A model generated the notes under the pieces. It was not told the DNA's origin and searched no databases. It saw only the letters and a program-made list of their open reading frames with translations. The position numbers and the translations under genes were made by a program. Source: Vicugna vicugna (taxonomy: Eukaryota). Taken from it: DNA of 64,000 bases. Below are positions 36,080 to 49,500 of this stretch, piece by piece. Position 1 is the first letter of the stretch; each line of letters begins with the position of its first letter. The stretch lies in NCBI GenBank assembly GCA_013265495.1, contig MU057887.1, positions 2,327,576-2,391,575 on the forward strand. The letters are read 5' to 3'.

Positions 36080-39000
36080 AGTTCTGGCTCCCCGCTTCCT
36101 TGCTATCAGCTGGATAACATCTTCCTTTTCCCAGGTCTTGTTTTTTGGTAATTTCAGCATCTGTTCACTTTTTTCTTAGCCATTCGGTTTTGCCTCCATA
36201 GGAATCGTCTGCCACATTCTTTGCCAATATTTCTGTTAGTTTCCTTGGATTTTTCCCTTGTGGATTTTCAGAGGAACCTCGTACATTCAAGTTGATACCC
36301 CATCGTCAGTTTTAGATGTTATGAATGACTTCTCTCAGTATTTCATTTGTCTGCATTCTTTGTCTAGGGTGTCATTTTTGAAAGAAAATCTAATTTTGGG
36401 GCCCTCTCTTTCTGTCACCTGGAGATCTGTGCTTTCTGAGTCTTCACTAAGACTCCATCCACATAGAAAGATCACAAACTCAGTCCCGCCATTTTCTCCC
36501 ACTAGTTGTACATTTTCCATTCAGTGTCTTTGACCCTGTACAGAGTTTCCCTGTGAACACGTAGGAAGTAGACATCTAGCTGTGCTTTTCCCCAACTTCT
36601 TTTTCAAACACTGTATATAAAACAATCCATTCCTCCCCCGCTGGTCTGTGGTGATGTGGACATGGACACCCGTGTACATTTGAGAAGATCGTATCGTTGG
36701 TGTGAAAGGTTCCACCCGGCACGCACAGTGGCAGGATTTATAGCTTTATCATAGTCCCAGGTCCCACAGCTACTGGCAGACACGTTTCTGCGTTCCGTTG
36801 TCCTCTGTGCCGACCTCCATGTCCTCGCCATGGTCCCCATACTGTTAGTGGCTTTACACTGGCTTTGGAGATTGCCACTGTACCTCGCAGGATAATACCC
36901 CCACATCTATGCTTCCTTTTCAAAATCTACTTAGTTATTTGTAGATGTTCATTCTCCCATGTTGATTTTAGAATAAATGTGTTGACTTTATTTAAAAATT
37001 ATCACTTTGATTGAGGTTGCATTAAAGTTTTAGTGGAAGGAGAAAAAATTCAGCTTTATAACGGTAAACTGCCTCATCTTTGATCAAAGTTTTTCTCTCC
37101 ATTTACTGAAGTCTTATTTTATGCCATTTAATAGAGCAATTTTTTTCTGAAAAAAATCATGTGCATTCCTTTTAGAATAATACTTTTCAATGGCAATCAG
37201 TACTGTGAATTAAATCTCCTTGTCTATTGTATTATTAGGTAATTGCTTCTGATGTAGAAGAATGGTATTCATGTAAGTAAATTCGTCTGCAACCTTGTTG
37301 AATTCTCATAATAATTTCAATAGTGTTAATTTTTGGTCTTTGTTTCCAGCAGATATTTAATAGTTTATACTTTTGGTGTGAGTTTGCAACATAAATTAGG
37401 ATTGAACTTTATCATATTGTTTTCAAGTATTTATTAATAAAACTATGTGCTTTTTTCCTCTACTAGTTAATTATTATGGTATATTACCTTAGTAGATTTG
37501 TCTGTTACCAGGATAAATCCTTTCAATTATGTCATGTTAATTTTGACATACTTTTGAAGTCTGTTAGCTAATACACGTGTAAGCCTAGAGATTTATATTC
37601 AACCTCATTTATCTACCTATGAAAGCATCTTAAGATTTTACCTTTCTTTTTTGATACTTTCACTTTCTGAAAGAACAGTGTTAAAATATTCAATTATTAT
37701 TGTTGATAAAATTTATTTTTCCAAAATTTTTCAGTTTTTATATATTTTAAAACTATATTATTGAATTCATATATGTTCATGATTATTTTAAAATCTTGAT
37801 CAATTTTTATTGTTACTATGTCTAGTATCTCTTTTCCTTGGAATGCACTTAATTTTATATACCCTGTACCTCATGTTACCCTGGCTTTTTCTCAGGTTTA
37901 AGTATTTCTGTATCATTTGGTTTTGTGTGTTTCTTTTAGACAAGTTATTAGATCATGCTTATTCCCTCCATTCTGATTGTCTTTTATTTCCAGAAATTTT
38001 AGCCCATTTAAATTTATTGTAATAGCAGTCCTAGTTGCACTTATTTTAGCAACCTCATTTCCTATTTGAAGAATTTTACTGTATTATCTCTCATGTTTTT
38101 ATACTTTAACGTTCTTTCTATTGTTGGTTAGAATTTCACAGTTTGTACATACCAATCCTTGTTTATTCATTCATCAGAGGCTGATCATTTGAATTATTTT
38201 CAGTTTTTAGCGGTTAGGAATTAAGATGCCACAAACCTTCACATACCAATCTTTGTGGAGACGTATGTTTTTCTTTCTCTTGCGTAAATACTTTGGAATG
38301 AAACTGATGTCAGTGTTTACCAAAGTGGTTGTACTGCTTGCATTTTCACCCAAAACGTATGAAAGTTTCAATTGCTCCAGATCTTTGGCAGCATTTTGTC
38401 TGCCTGTTTCTCTAGTTTTAGCCATTCTATTTAGGTTTATTGCACTATGTTTCTGTGGTTTTAATGCACCTTTCCCTAATGACTAATAATACTGACCTTT
38501 CAATATGTCTACTTGCTGTATTTATCTCTTCTTTGGTGAAATGTCTGTTTGTATATTTTGTACATTTCTAAATTAGGTTTTATTATTTCTTATTTTTTTG
38601 AGTTCTAAGTATCCTTTATATATTATAGATGCAGGTCTTTGATCAGATATATGTTTTATAAATATATTCTCCCAGTCTATGACTTGTCCTTTCATTCTCT
38701 TAATAGAATTTATTTTTTAGGAACAAAAATTTATTTAATTTTTAATATTTTATTTCAGACTTTATGCTTTTGTGTCTCATGTGAAAAAAGGAAACAAAAA
38801 ATTGCCTTCTCTAAATTTGTAAAGATGTTCTCTGTTTTCTTCCAGAAATTTTCTTCTCAAAGTTTTAATTTGTTCATTTTTTAGGGTTGTTTTGGCTATT
38901 CTTTGTTATTTATATTTCTGTGAATTTTAGAGTCAGTTTGCTAATTTCTGAAAGAAAAAAAGTCAGATTTTGATTGGAACTGTGTTCATTCTATGTATCA

Positions 39001-39590
39001 GTTTTGGGGATAATTTGCATCTTTGTTTTAAGATGTCTTTCAGTCAAGGAACATGGGATTTTTCACTTACTTAGTTAATTTTTATTTCTCTCATCAGCGT
39101 CTCTTTGCTCATAGCATACACATCTTGGCCATACTTTGTTAGATTTACCCCTAAGTATTTCATGTTATTTGACCCTATTTAAAGGAATATTTTGTACATT
39201 AAACAAGTATAGTGAAACTGACTAAATTTAATTATTAGTAAAAGCAGCTTTAACTTTGAATCATACTTGTGTTTTCCTCTACTGTGTTTGTGTACATAGA
39301 GTATATTTATAATAGTTTTTAAAATATCCTATATTGCTGATTCCATTATCTATATTATTCCTGGTTGCTTCCATTGGCTTATATTTTTTCTCTCTCAGCT
39401 TGAGCTCATATTGTCTTACTTCATTGCATGCCTGGTGATTTTTGACTGGATTATGGAGATTGTGATGTTACGTTGTTGGGCGCTAGATTTTGTTGTTTCC
39501 TCATCTATTGTTACGATTTGTGCTGAGTTGCTGTCAAGCTCCGTGGTGTCTATTTCATAGTTTTAAATATTTGATTTAAGCTTTTTTAAG
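36080..39590 (-). mobile_element. Old fragmented L1 (ORF2 and 3' regions), several pieces
   Basis: T-rich L1 antisense motifs: 'cttctttggtgaaatgtctgttt', 'atattctcccagtctatgacttg', 'gattttgattggaac', 'tttgttagatttacccctaagtatttcat'. Confidence 0.75.
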
Positions 39591-39899
39591 GTGTGGGTAA
39601 GTACGCTGTGGTACCGTCCTCCCCACAGATATGACGATGCTGTGGAAGGCACAGCCTCGATGACAATCTAATGGGCCAGGAATATACTCACTGTACATTG
39701 TTATGTGAAAACAAAAAGCGAAGGTTACATGATTGTACACCAGGTGATCTCAATACTCCTGGTTTTTAACTGTGTCTCTAGACAATAAAGTTTAGGAAAA
39801 TACAAGGGTTTTGGTCATTAAACACATTTTTTTTAACTTTCTCTGTTTTGACTTTTTTTCTCAATGTATGGGTATTATGTGTTTCTAGAAAAGGTTAGT

Positions 39900-40590
39900 A
39901 CTATTAATAATAAAAAATGCTTGGACCTACTCTAACAGCTAAGTAAAATGACAGACAACACCAAGTGTTGACAAGGGTGTAGCACACGTGGAATTCATGT
40001 GTAGTGCCGGTGGTTGTGTAAACTGACACAAATGTTTTTAAACCAGTGTATCATTGTTCCATTTATTCTGTTTTTAAAAGCACCTTTATTGTGGTCTGGT
40101 TCCTGTACAGTGAACTACACATATTTCAGGTGTATAATTTGATGAATTTCAGTAGGTGCACACACCCATGAAACCACCATCACAGTCAAGACAGCTAACA
40201 TTTCCATTACTCCCCAAGGGTGACACAAACATTTATAGACCGTTTAATGCTAGTCACTAAAGCCCCACGTACACCTGTGAGCCAGCAGCTACATTTCTAG
40301 GAACATATTCAAAAGGAAAAATACTTGCAGTGGTGCACCAAAGCCATGAGCAAGAATGTGTAAGGATATCAGAATGTCCCCAAAAGCAATCAACCCAGCA
40401 GTCGAGTGGACAAAAAGTTACAGCGTATCCATGCAATGGAAAACCACACAGGAAAAGGAGCAGGGGAACTGCCAGTACACAGAACAATGGGGTGAAACGT
40501 ACAAACATCATGCAGCACAAGGAACGTGCACAAAGTACAAGTCAGGACGACACAAATCCATCACGTTTGAAGTCAGGATCATGGTTACCT
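39900..40590 (+). mobile_element. Old L1ME-like 3' region with nested L1MB-type fragment (40070-40220, minus strand)
   Basis: 'gacaacaccaagtgttgacaagggtgtag', 'gagccagcagctacatttctaggaacatatt'; nested 'tttattgtgg...gtgtataatttgatgaattt...cacacccatgaaaccaccatcacagtcaag'. Confidence 0.65.
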
Positions 40591-40609
40591 TCGGCGACCA
40601 GAATCAGAC

Positions 40610-40730
40610 ACCTGCTGACGGTGTTCTGTGCACACCCAGAGCCAAACCTGGGATGGCGAAAAAAGAGATTAATAAATATCTGTTAAATAAATGATGGATG
40701 GGTGGATGAATGGATGGTAGATAGATGACA
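40610..40730 (+). mobile_element. L2 3' tail with (GGAT/GAAT)n microsatellite
   Basis: 'taataaatatctgttaaataaatgatggatgggtggatgaatggatgg'. Confidence 0.6.
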
Positions 40731-41499
40731 TGGCCTTGTAGCTCAAAACTGGTTTTCTGTGTCTCTGATCAACTCTGCCTTCACTACGTACCAGTGAGAT
40801 GCCAGGATTCTCATCTCTTCCTGGCTATATTGAAATAACTGTCTTACAGTTGAATCCCATCTGATACAGCTGTGCTCCCATTTGCACCAGCCTGGACTCA
40901 GGGGAATATTCCTAAAATAACACCAGCAATAGTCATCTTCTCCTCCTTGCTCATGGCTTTACTTGTGGGACTGTGTCTTCCACTTTAATGCAAAATACGC
41001 CAAGACGGAACACCCAGCAAACGAGTTACGATGGAAGGGAACCCAGAAGACAATAGTCTTCTCCATAATGCAATGCAAACAAGTAGAAAAAGACGATGTA
41101 CATGGCCGCCCAGTGTGAGCCTGTGCTCGCCTGAGAGCAAAGTGGCTCAGAAGAGCTTGATAAGGAAAAGCCAGTGTGATTCTGGGCGCTCACAAGCGGC
41201 CTCCGGGAGAAAATGGCACCTGAGAGGTCTGTGTATACAGAGGCCGAGTTCATTCCCGGAGAGGCGAGGAGTTGAGCTTAAGTGGGACTGTGAGGGGATC
41301 AAAGCAAAGAGACGAGGGGGTGGCTGGGTGTGCTGCATCGCGTCCAAGAGGACCACGTCTGGGCCATTAATAACCATGGAGGTGGTTGGGACAAGGATGA
41401 GAATGCAGTTGTTTTTCTCCTAACAAGCACTTGTCAAAAACAAAAACAAAAACAAAAACAAAAAAACAGAAAAAAAGTAAAGATAAAGAAAGAAATCAC

Positions 41500-41660
41500 A
41501 GAGAGTAGAATTACAGAATGGCAGAGCTGGAAAGCGCCTTCACCATCTGGGTGTTAATTTACAGGATGGGAAACTGAGGCTGGGTGAGTTGGATGGCTTG
41601 CCCCGTGTCTGTGTGCAGAATATACTTTTAACTCAGGGATCCTGACACAGGCCAACACTG
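41500..41660 (-). mobile_element. MIR/MIR3 fragment
   Basis: 'cagagctggaaagcgcctt...tttacaggatgggaaactgaggct...ggcttgccc'. Confidence 0.65.
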
Positions 41661-42131
41661 CTGCCCGTGAGGTGAACTGGCACGTCCTTCTGAGCTACGA
41701 CACTATGCAGAGTCGCTCGTCCTCCTCACAGGCCCGGGGGAGGCCACGCTGGCTGGCGCTCCGCTCAGACGGCCTCCCGTCCGTTGAGAAGCTCGCTACT
41801 CCCTTGTGTGTTTCAGGGGGCGACGCAAGCGTGAAGCATTTCCGCTGTTATCAGAGTCCAGCATGGCCCGACCTCTGTCCGCAGCTTGGGGTGTAGATTG
41901 GCATCTTTCACAGGATGTGTTCTTACCAACACAGAGACACTCCTGGGAGCACCGGCTGGCCAAAGGCATGGGGTGGAGAGAGAGCACAGGGCTGGGCTCT
42001 GGAGTCCCGGGACTTGGTCCTCGGCTGGTGGGACCCTAGACCTGCCTCTTCCTCTCTTCGTTGGTTTGCCTCCAGGTGAAGCTCGGACCACCTGGTTCTC
42101 ATCACCTCTCTTGCCCTGACGGTTCGCTTAC

Positions 42132-42214
42132 CTTTGGCTTTTTAGCATCCTCGCCGTCGCCCACTGGCAGATGTGCAGAGTCGGCTGGAACCTTTTGAGT
42201 GATGTTGCTAGAGC
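42132..42214 (-). other. Candidate internal exon (83 nt) of an unidentified minus-strand transcript
   Basis: Acceptor 'atttcttctccatcag|', donor 'AAG|gtaagc'; open frame (G)SSNITQKVPADSAHLPVGDGEDAKKPK; no homolog recognised. Confidence 0.25.
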
Positions 42215-44834
42215 CTGATGGAGAAGAAATGTCAGATGGCAAAGAGGCAATTAAGTTCCAAGACAACTTCAATGATTTGTGTTTCAGACTTTCGATTTAT
42301 CTACACCTCAATTTGAGTCCATTTCCACTAACGCCAACGACTGCCTGATACAAAGCCACTGAAGGGAAGCCTCTAGGAGCCTGATAGGGGAGCAGGTAGT
42401 CGGTGCAGGCAGGAGCAGCCTCCATTTATTCCACCCAATAGATCTCAACGATGGCAAAATATCATTAGAAATGCACTTAAGCATCGAGCTTCGTATCGAT
42501 CAGCTGCAGGGTTACGGGAGACGTCGAACTTCAAGAGCACAAGAACTCAAGACGAACCCGATTTTTTCCCTGATGGATTATTAAGAAAGGCACTTCCTTA
42601 ATATGATTTTCCAGACAGTTGGGTCAGTGGTGTCAACTCTTTCCCAAGTTTTGAATGATGACTCAGGCTTGGGAGTTTGGATTAACGGATGGGGCAAACA
42701 GCGGCACCCCCTCCAGTGGATCACATGGAAGTACCCAAGGTGACCCAAAGGCAGTTACCGCACCGCTCCTCAAAGCACTTGTCCGCCTCCATCTAGGACT
42801 TAGAATCTTACTTTTTTAAAAAGTGTCAGTGCATCATCAAAAATTTATTTTATGTAATGAAAGTCGGCCTGCTGAGGTCGTCTGAGAAATGCTTTTCTGT
42901 CCAAGATGCTGGAGGAGATGGAGAAATCAGGGGGAAGCTGGAAGGACGTTCTCACGTCAGGATGCACGATGCGGAGGAGGCCAGCCTGGAGCATTTCTTT
43001 TGTCCTCCTCGCTTCCCCAGCCCAGTGGTGCATCCGTCAAGCTCTGACTTGGACACCTGCTGTGGCCCCCGGGCGAATCTCCTTGCTCAGGTGCTGCCCC
43101 TCCAAATGACAGAGAGCCTCCACCGTGAAAACCTGACCCCTTCAGCTCGGCTTACATCCTCTCAGCAACCCTCAGTGTCTAACACGCGCCTGGCTTGAGG
43201 TAGGATCTCAGGATCTATTTATCGAATACATAAAGAGATCCCCGTGTTCTAAAGGACCAAGTGTGGGCACCTTCGCACAGAGTGGCTGTGCATTCTCTCG
43301 GCCACTGCCCTCTGCCCGCTTTCTGGTTCATCCCCGGGGTCTCTCTCTCCCTGATGAGCGAGCCACGCTCCCATCCGTGTTCTGTGCTCCCAGCCCAGGG
43401 ACGCCCTCCCTGGGCTCAGCGTGGGAGGCAGGAGTCCCACGGTGCTTTGAAACCCGCTGGAAAGGGCCCCATTGTGCGAGGAGTGGTGCCATTAGTCTTA
43501 TCACACCGCTTACCGCCCAGGTGCTCAGAAGCGTTCTAAGGCGGCTCCAGGCAGCACGGGGGAGTCCGCCTGCGCGGCCTGATAAGGGCTGTGCAGAGCC
43601 TTTGGCACCTGATTTGAGATGCTGACAACTTAGGATCCCCCCCGGGCTCACACATGGCCCTTTCTAGCTGTAAGTGGTGCTCAGCATCTGGCCCTGCATC
43701 CTCCCTCTGCAGACTGGTCCTCCCACGACTCAAATCCCAGCCCAGGGCCAGGTGTAAGGGGGTCAAAACACGCTCTCTCCAGGTGGGCTGAGCAGACAAG
43801 CATCTCCATTTCTCGTGTCCCCTCACCTGGCTCTCCCGTCCCTTTTCCAGCAGCGAGGGAAAGGGGGCCGAGGGTAGGGGAAGGGGAGAGGCTTGGCAAA
43901 GAGAGTTCTCTCTCTCCCTTTGGGTCTTTTGGTTAACTTGGCTTCTTTGGTGTTAATTTTAAGTTCAAAATCCAAGTCTCTAAGGCTGTCTCCTTGTCTT
44001 TGCCCCTGGATGAAGGTGCTGTGTGAGTGGGGTGCCCTGCAGGGGCTGCAGGTGGTGTAAATGCTGCAGGTCTGCAGGTGCTCTGGGTGGTGCAGGAGGT
44101 GCCAGAGAGGCAGACGACGTCTCCTCGTGGGTTGGGGGATGTTCTCTGCCCCAGCAGCAACTTTGGGCTGAGATTCCTCACCGTGTTTTCCCCTGATGTG
44201 GACCCTCGTTCTCAGCACCCCACCTGCTGGAGCACCCACAGCTGCCACCCCCTGACCTGTGATCTTGGCAAGGACAACTTGGGGGGAAGCCCTGACCCGG
44301 TGTCACTGTGCCCAGAGGGTCTGGCTGTGACCCACTGAGGTCTCCAGCTTGGGCGTCCACCTTACAGCCCGTGGCTGGGGGGTCGCCGTGCCCCTCGCCT
44401 GGGCTGGGGACCGCCCGGCAAGCTTGCCTCCCTCCTCCCACAGTCCCACGGGAGCTTCTGCCCACGCCGTTGACCGCCTGTGATACTGAGTGAGTTACTC
44501 ACCCCGCCCGCACCCCAGCTTCCTCAGCTCCAAAATCAGGACAGTGCGCTCATCTGTCTTACGGGGCAGAACTGATGACTAAGTGAACCAGTGCCTATAA
44601 AACGCTGAGAGCAGCGCCAGAGCCCCGGTGATGCTCCGTCAGGGCCGCTCTGCCGCCGCCTCCCCTCCTGCCGGAGCTCGCCGGCTCCTCCAGGCCACGC
44701 CCGCCTCCCGCCGCCAGGGAAGAGGAGTGGGACGCAGACACCCGCGCAGGGAGCCATGAGCTGAACTGCATTGCCCCCAGATCCGCGTGTTGAAGTCCTA
44801 ATTGCAGGTTGTTCAGAACGTAGCTTCAATTGTA

Positions 44835-45005
44835 TGTTTTCTGTTAGTTGACGTGTGGTGGCTCCACAGGGCTGTGCTAGCGTCTGGCGCACAGGGACTC
44901 TGTTGCACACGCATATCCTTTTCCGTACTCTTCATCATTGCAGGTTATTACAGGTTGCTGAGTGCTGTCTCTCGTGCTGACCAGTAGGACCTTGTTGTTT
45001 ACCCA
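44835..45005 (-). mobile_element. Lineage-type L1 3' end, GC-shifted
   Basis: 'gcaggttattacaggttgctgagtgctgtctctcgtgctgaccagtaggaccttgttgttta' is homologous to 13370-13430. Confidence 0.7.
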
Positions 45006-45009
45006 GTTT

Positions 45010-45385
45010 GAACTGTAAATAGACTTGTTGTCGACGTCATTACCGAAGTTAATAAGAGGTCAGATGGAGCTGAAGGCTAACCCAGCATGACCGGGGAAGG
45101 GGAACCTGGACCCAGAGACTCACACACGGGGAGGAGTGTGTGAAGATGGAGGCGGGGACTGGGGCGATGCCGTGGACGTCAGGGGTACCCGCGACTGCCA
45201 GGAAGCCGCCAGAAGCTGGGAGAAGCCAAGGACCGTACTTCTCCCTCACGCTCAGAAGGAACCAACCCTGCGGACACCTCGATCCCGGACGTCCAGCCTC
45301 CAGCCGGGGAGAGAGCACACTCCTGCTGTGTAAGCCCCTCCACCCGCGGTCCTTTGTCACGGCAGCCCTGACAGCATCTCACACA
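45010..45385 (+). mobile_element. MaLR LTR, MLT1B/MLT1C-like
   Basis: 'gtgaagatggaggcggggactggggcgatgc...gccagaagctgggagaagccaagg...cagaaggaaccaaccctgcggacacctcgat...ccagcctccag...ctttgtcacggcagccct'. Confidence 0.85.
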
Positions 45386-46597
45386 CACACACACACTCAT
45401 ACACTCTCGTTCTAATTTCAGTGATACCTGAGATGTACTGAATAAATATTGGTTTTCATTACCATTGCTGCTCCCCAAACTGCCTTTCTGTGGGCTTTGG
45501 CTGTGCGGTCGTGGAACTTAGACGGAGCCCCGCCTGCATCTGCACCTACTGAGTTCTAAGCATCCTCACTGGCTGCGTCCACTCGGCGCATGTTTACTGC
45601 CCGTCCACCTGTGCTCAGCCCAGGACCGAGTGCCAGGGGTCGACACAGAGCCAGCCCGCGCTGCCCAGTGCTCCAGGGCAGCTGCAAGCTGGACTCCAGG
45701 TCCCCGTCGAACAAATCTCTCCTGCCTTCCCCTCCCGCCGCCCGCGCACCTCCAGCCCATCCTTAGTGGGTCTTCCTGAGCTCATCTCACGGTCACCTCT
45801 CCTGCCAGACCGCCAGTCTCAGGACCGCAGCCTCTGGGCCACTCAGACCAGTGCTCCCTCCACCGGCCCTCATGCAGGGGCACAGGCCTGGCCGGTGCCC
45901 CCGCAGGGCTTCCCGCCGGCAGCCGCCCGCCCGGATGAACAGGTGCTCGGTCTGAGGCGTGATCCCGAAGACCTGCTGCTCGCACAGGTGGCCGGCAGTC
46001 GCGGGCGCTCGGTGGCCGTCTGCTGCATTTAATGGAATCGGATTTCCGAGGAGCTGGACGTTTCCTCCGTGAAACACCCAACGCGCCCCGAGCGCGTCAG
46101 CGATGCGCAGCAGCCATCGCTCCGAGTCGCGGCCAAAGGCAGCCTCGGGCTGTCACCAAGCCAAAGTGGGAGCGAGTCTTTCCCGAGAAGCAATTTGGAT
46201 GTTGTCATGAGCGTGGCGCGCGGGGGGAGGATCCTGTTTAACATCAAGAGTGGAAGACCCTCCGCTCCTCTTGGCAAAGCCACGGTCCTCAGGGTTCTCT
46301 GGGCAAATCTCAGGCCACCAAGGCTGAGAGAGCGATGCCCTGACCGCTGGACACAAGCCCTGAGGTAACCGTTTCCCTGAAGGTGCTTCCTGCCCGGCTG
46401 GGAACCCGTGCTGGGCGGGGCCCTCGTGTGGTGGCGGCAGTGGCGAAGCGGTCGTGCCTCTGTCAGGCTCACCTCTGCCTTCAGCCCTGGTGTCAGCGCC
46501 CCTCCTACAAGTGCCAGTCTCCACGTGTGAACAGTAAAGCAGCTCGTGGTCCACGCTGACTCCCGTGTCCTGGATGTCTCCCGTGTGTCTGTAAGAG

Positions 46598-46720
46598 TAG
46601 GGTTTCCAGATAAAATGGAGGCTACCTGGTTAAATCTGAATTTCAGAAAAGCAACAGATACTTTCCCGGCACAAGCACTGCCCGCGTACTGTCCTCCCTC
46701 GGCTGGCTCTGGGCACCCTG
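46598..46720. mobile_element. MER53-like hAT MITE remnant
   Basis: 'tagggtttccagataaaatggaggctacctggttaaatctgaatttcagaaaagcaac' matches the MER53 terminus. Confidence 0.7.
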
Positions 46721-47420
46721 AGAGGCGCAATGTGCTGTGTCGATGAGAGCGCTGTCTCTGGACAATCGCGTTGGGCAAACGATGGGACAGTTACTGAGCC
46801 CTTCTCCGTCCATCGGGCTGGCCTGTCCCCACCAGCCCTTTAAACTTGCAAAAGTGACAATTTCTGTAAGCCACGGACAGCGCTATTGTGAGAGTTAGCT
46901 GGGGTGCGAGGAGGGTGCAGATGCCTACGCAACACGCTAGTTCCTGTGTGTTTCATGTGTCTGCCCAGCCTCCCTCCCTCCCCCCTCCTCCCTTCCTTCC
47001 ACCCAGCTGCCCACCCGTTATTCATTATTGGCTTCCAGCTAAGTGACAGGCACTGCTGCAAGGTGCTGAATGGATTCAGGTCCTCGTGTGAAAGTCCTGT
47101 GATAATTCTGTAATGACAGCAAAAATAATGAGAAATGACGCTCACACGGCTGATGGTGGCTGGCCCATTCTCTCTACTGGCTGGGACGACTCCCAGGTGT
47201 CTCTTCTCCAGAGGATTTCCTTCCCAGCAGGAGAGCAGGGGGAGCCTCACCTTTCTACCTCCTGTTCCTTCGTGTGAACCTCTGCCAAAGCCTGGGCAAC
47301 ACGGGACTTGAAATGCCAGACCCTGACCTCAAGGGGGGGTGGACTCGAGTTCAGCTGCTGTGCAGCGCTGACTTCTGGGGCCACGCTGCTGGTCAGCTCT
47401 CTGCCGAGCATCGTCCTGAC

Positions 47421-47570
47421 GCCCAGCCCCACCCCACCCCTTCCAGCCCCGTCCTGCCCTCCGAGCCCCGTCCCACCCCCACCAGCTCCATCCTGCACCC
47501 TGAGCCCCCTCCTGCCTCCCTCGGTCCTGTTCCTGCTCCTGCTAAGCCCCGTCCTGGCCGCCAGCCCCAC
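47421..47570. repeat. Degenerate C-rich minisatellite (units like agccccgtcctgcc/ccc)
   Basis: Repeated 'agcccc..cc..ccc' blocks; G-rich on the minus strand. Confidence 0.6.
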
Positions 47571-48715
47571 TCAAGAAAAACCCCTCCACTCAACAAAGCC
47601 TAGAAGGAGAAGTGCCAGGCTCTGCTTCTATGGAACAGCACCTAAAACCACTTCTCATTTTCTGGGTTCTCAAAGCATCATGTCTTCCTTATCCTATTTG
47701 CATTCAAGAAGTATTTAAACTTGTTTGGATGAATATTGCAGAAAAATAGAAACCTTGTAGGAAATTTGTCCTTTCTTTTTATGGATGAGGGAAAGAAGTA
47801 AATATCAACAAATAATAATAAAAGTTGTTAATCATTTTAATAAAAAAAATTTCGGTCAAGTCCTGAATTGAAGTTGGTGGGTGAGACTCTGTACGGTAAA
47901 ATGATAATGCATTTGACTGACCCCTCATGAAACGTTTTAAAGTTCAAAAAAAAGCAGTGGGCAAGAGAGATGCATCGCTCTCCAGTTACGTGAGTAAGGG
48001 ACCTGGACTCGAGCAGTCACAGCGTCTGCGGGTCAGCTGAGGCCGGAACAGGAGCCAAGGGGACGTCTCTTTCTCGGCGCCTTCGCCAGCCCCGTGGGGC
48101 TTCATCCAGGAATCCATTTAATTTGCAGTCCATGCTCCTCCTCTAAGGAGTGTTTTACCACCAGTCACCCCGCCCTGGGTGGCTTCAGAGCTAGACAATG
48201 GGCCCCAGGGACAGGATCCATTGAAATACAGGCTTTACTCAGCTAATGTGTTTGAGACATAAATTGTTCTTATCTCCAGCCATTCTCTAAAAGGCTAAGA
48301 AAAAAAATCTGCATTTGTCTGCGGGACAAAGGGTGAGAGCTCAGAACCCACAGTGGATGTGGAGAGAGAAAGAACACCTTCCCGACCACCAGTCCCGCAG
48401 GAGAATGAGGGATGTACGCCGCCCGCCCTGCGGGGAAGCCCAGCCTCCTGCCCCGGGGGCCTGCAGGGAAGTGGAGGAGTGAAGTCCCAGCCAGAGTCCA
48501 GCTGGTGAAGCAGCGGGGGCCTCCCACGGGCAGGCCTGGGATGTGTGCAGCAGGGTCACTGCTCAGCTGGGGGCCTGGGTCAGGACACTCACTCCCTGAC
48601 CCCCGCCCCACCTGTTTCCTCTTCTAAATTTGCTTTCCATTTGTGGTTAATCAAATTTCTATTAATTATATTAAAATAAAAGATAGCTCCCCAGTGTCTC
48701 TTGCCACATTTCAAG

Positions 48716-49500
48716 TGTCCATCATCAAGTGAATAAACAAAACCAGATTTAGTGAAGAGTGACTATCCCACACGACCGTGGCTGGTGTGGGTGAGGGAGG
48801 GGACTGTCCCCGTGGGGGGTGGAAGGACTGTCTCGCAGGAGGGGGACATCCTGATCGTCAAGTCTGCAAGGGTGTTCATTTTTCATAAGGGGACACAGAC
48901 AAGTCTAGAAAGAGCTGGTGTGTGTGGAAGGGCAGTGTGGTCTGGTCACAGTGCAGGGAAGGTTTTGTCAAGAGGCCAGCCTGGTCCCAAGGGGGAGCGC
49001 ACGCTGGCTGGGCTGAGGGTGGCCAGAGTTCAGGCCCAGGAGGGGAAAGTCTTAACCAGCATTTGGTTAAAAAGTGTCCTGTTCCAGGGGCTCGCTGGGA
49101 ACTAGGCTGTCAGTGAATCCTGAAGGCTCAGAATGGGAGCCGGGAGGGCCCGTGCCTGGCCGTGCCCTGGGAGAACCACGGGGCGTCCGGGAGTCTCGTC
49201 CAAGTCACCAGGGGGAGAGCAGCTCTTGCAGTAAGCTGTTTCCCAGAACACGAGAGTGTGGGGATCTCTTTCTCCAGGGGCACAGGACTCAGGGGAAAGG
49301 CGGCCGCCGGCGTCTGCTGTGATGGAGGCGGAGCTGAGAGAAGGCCCCGACTGCTGTGGGAGCTTCTCTGGGCAGCGCTGTCCTGTAAACAGAAAACAGC
49401 CACGTCTTCCTTTCAGCTTTGCCGTGAGACAGGACGCCCAGCGGATTCCCGGCCCAGGGCCGACGCCCAACCAGCCCAGAGACACCGTGTCCTGTCTCAC
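48716..49500 (-). mobile_element. Probable degenerate ERV1-class LTR
   Basis: LTR-like composition ('ttaaccagcatttggtta', 'gtaagctgtttcccagaacac', 'tcctgtaaacag'), TG at the left end and 'tgtctcac' at the right end; family not identified. Confidence 0.4.
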
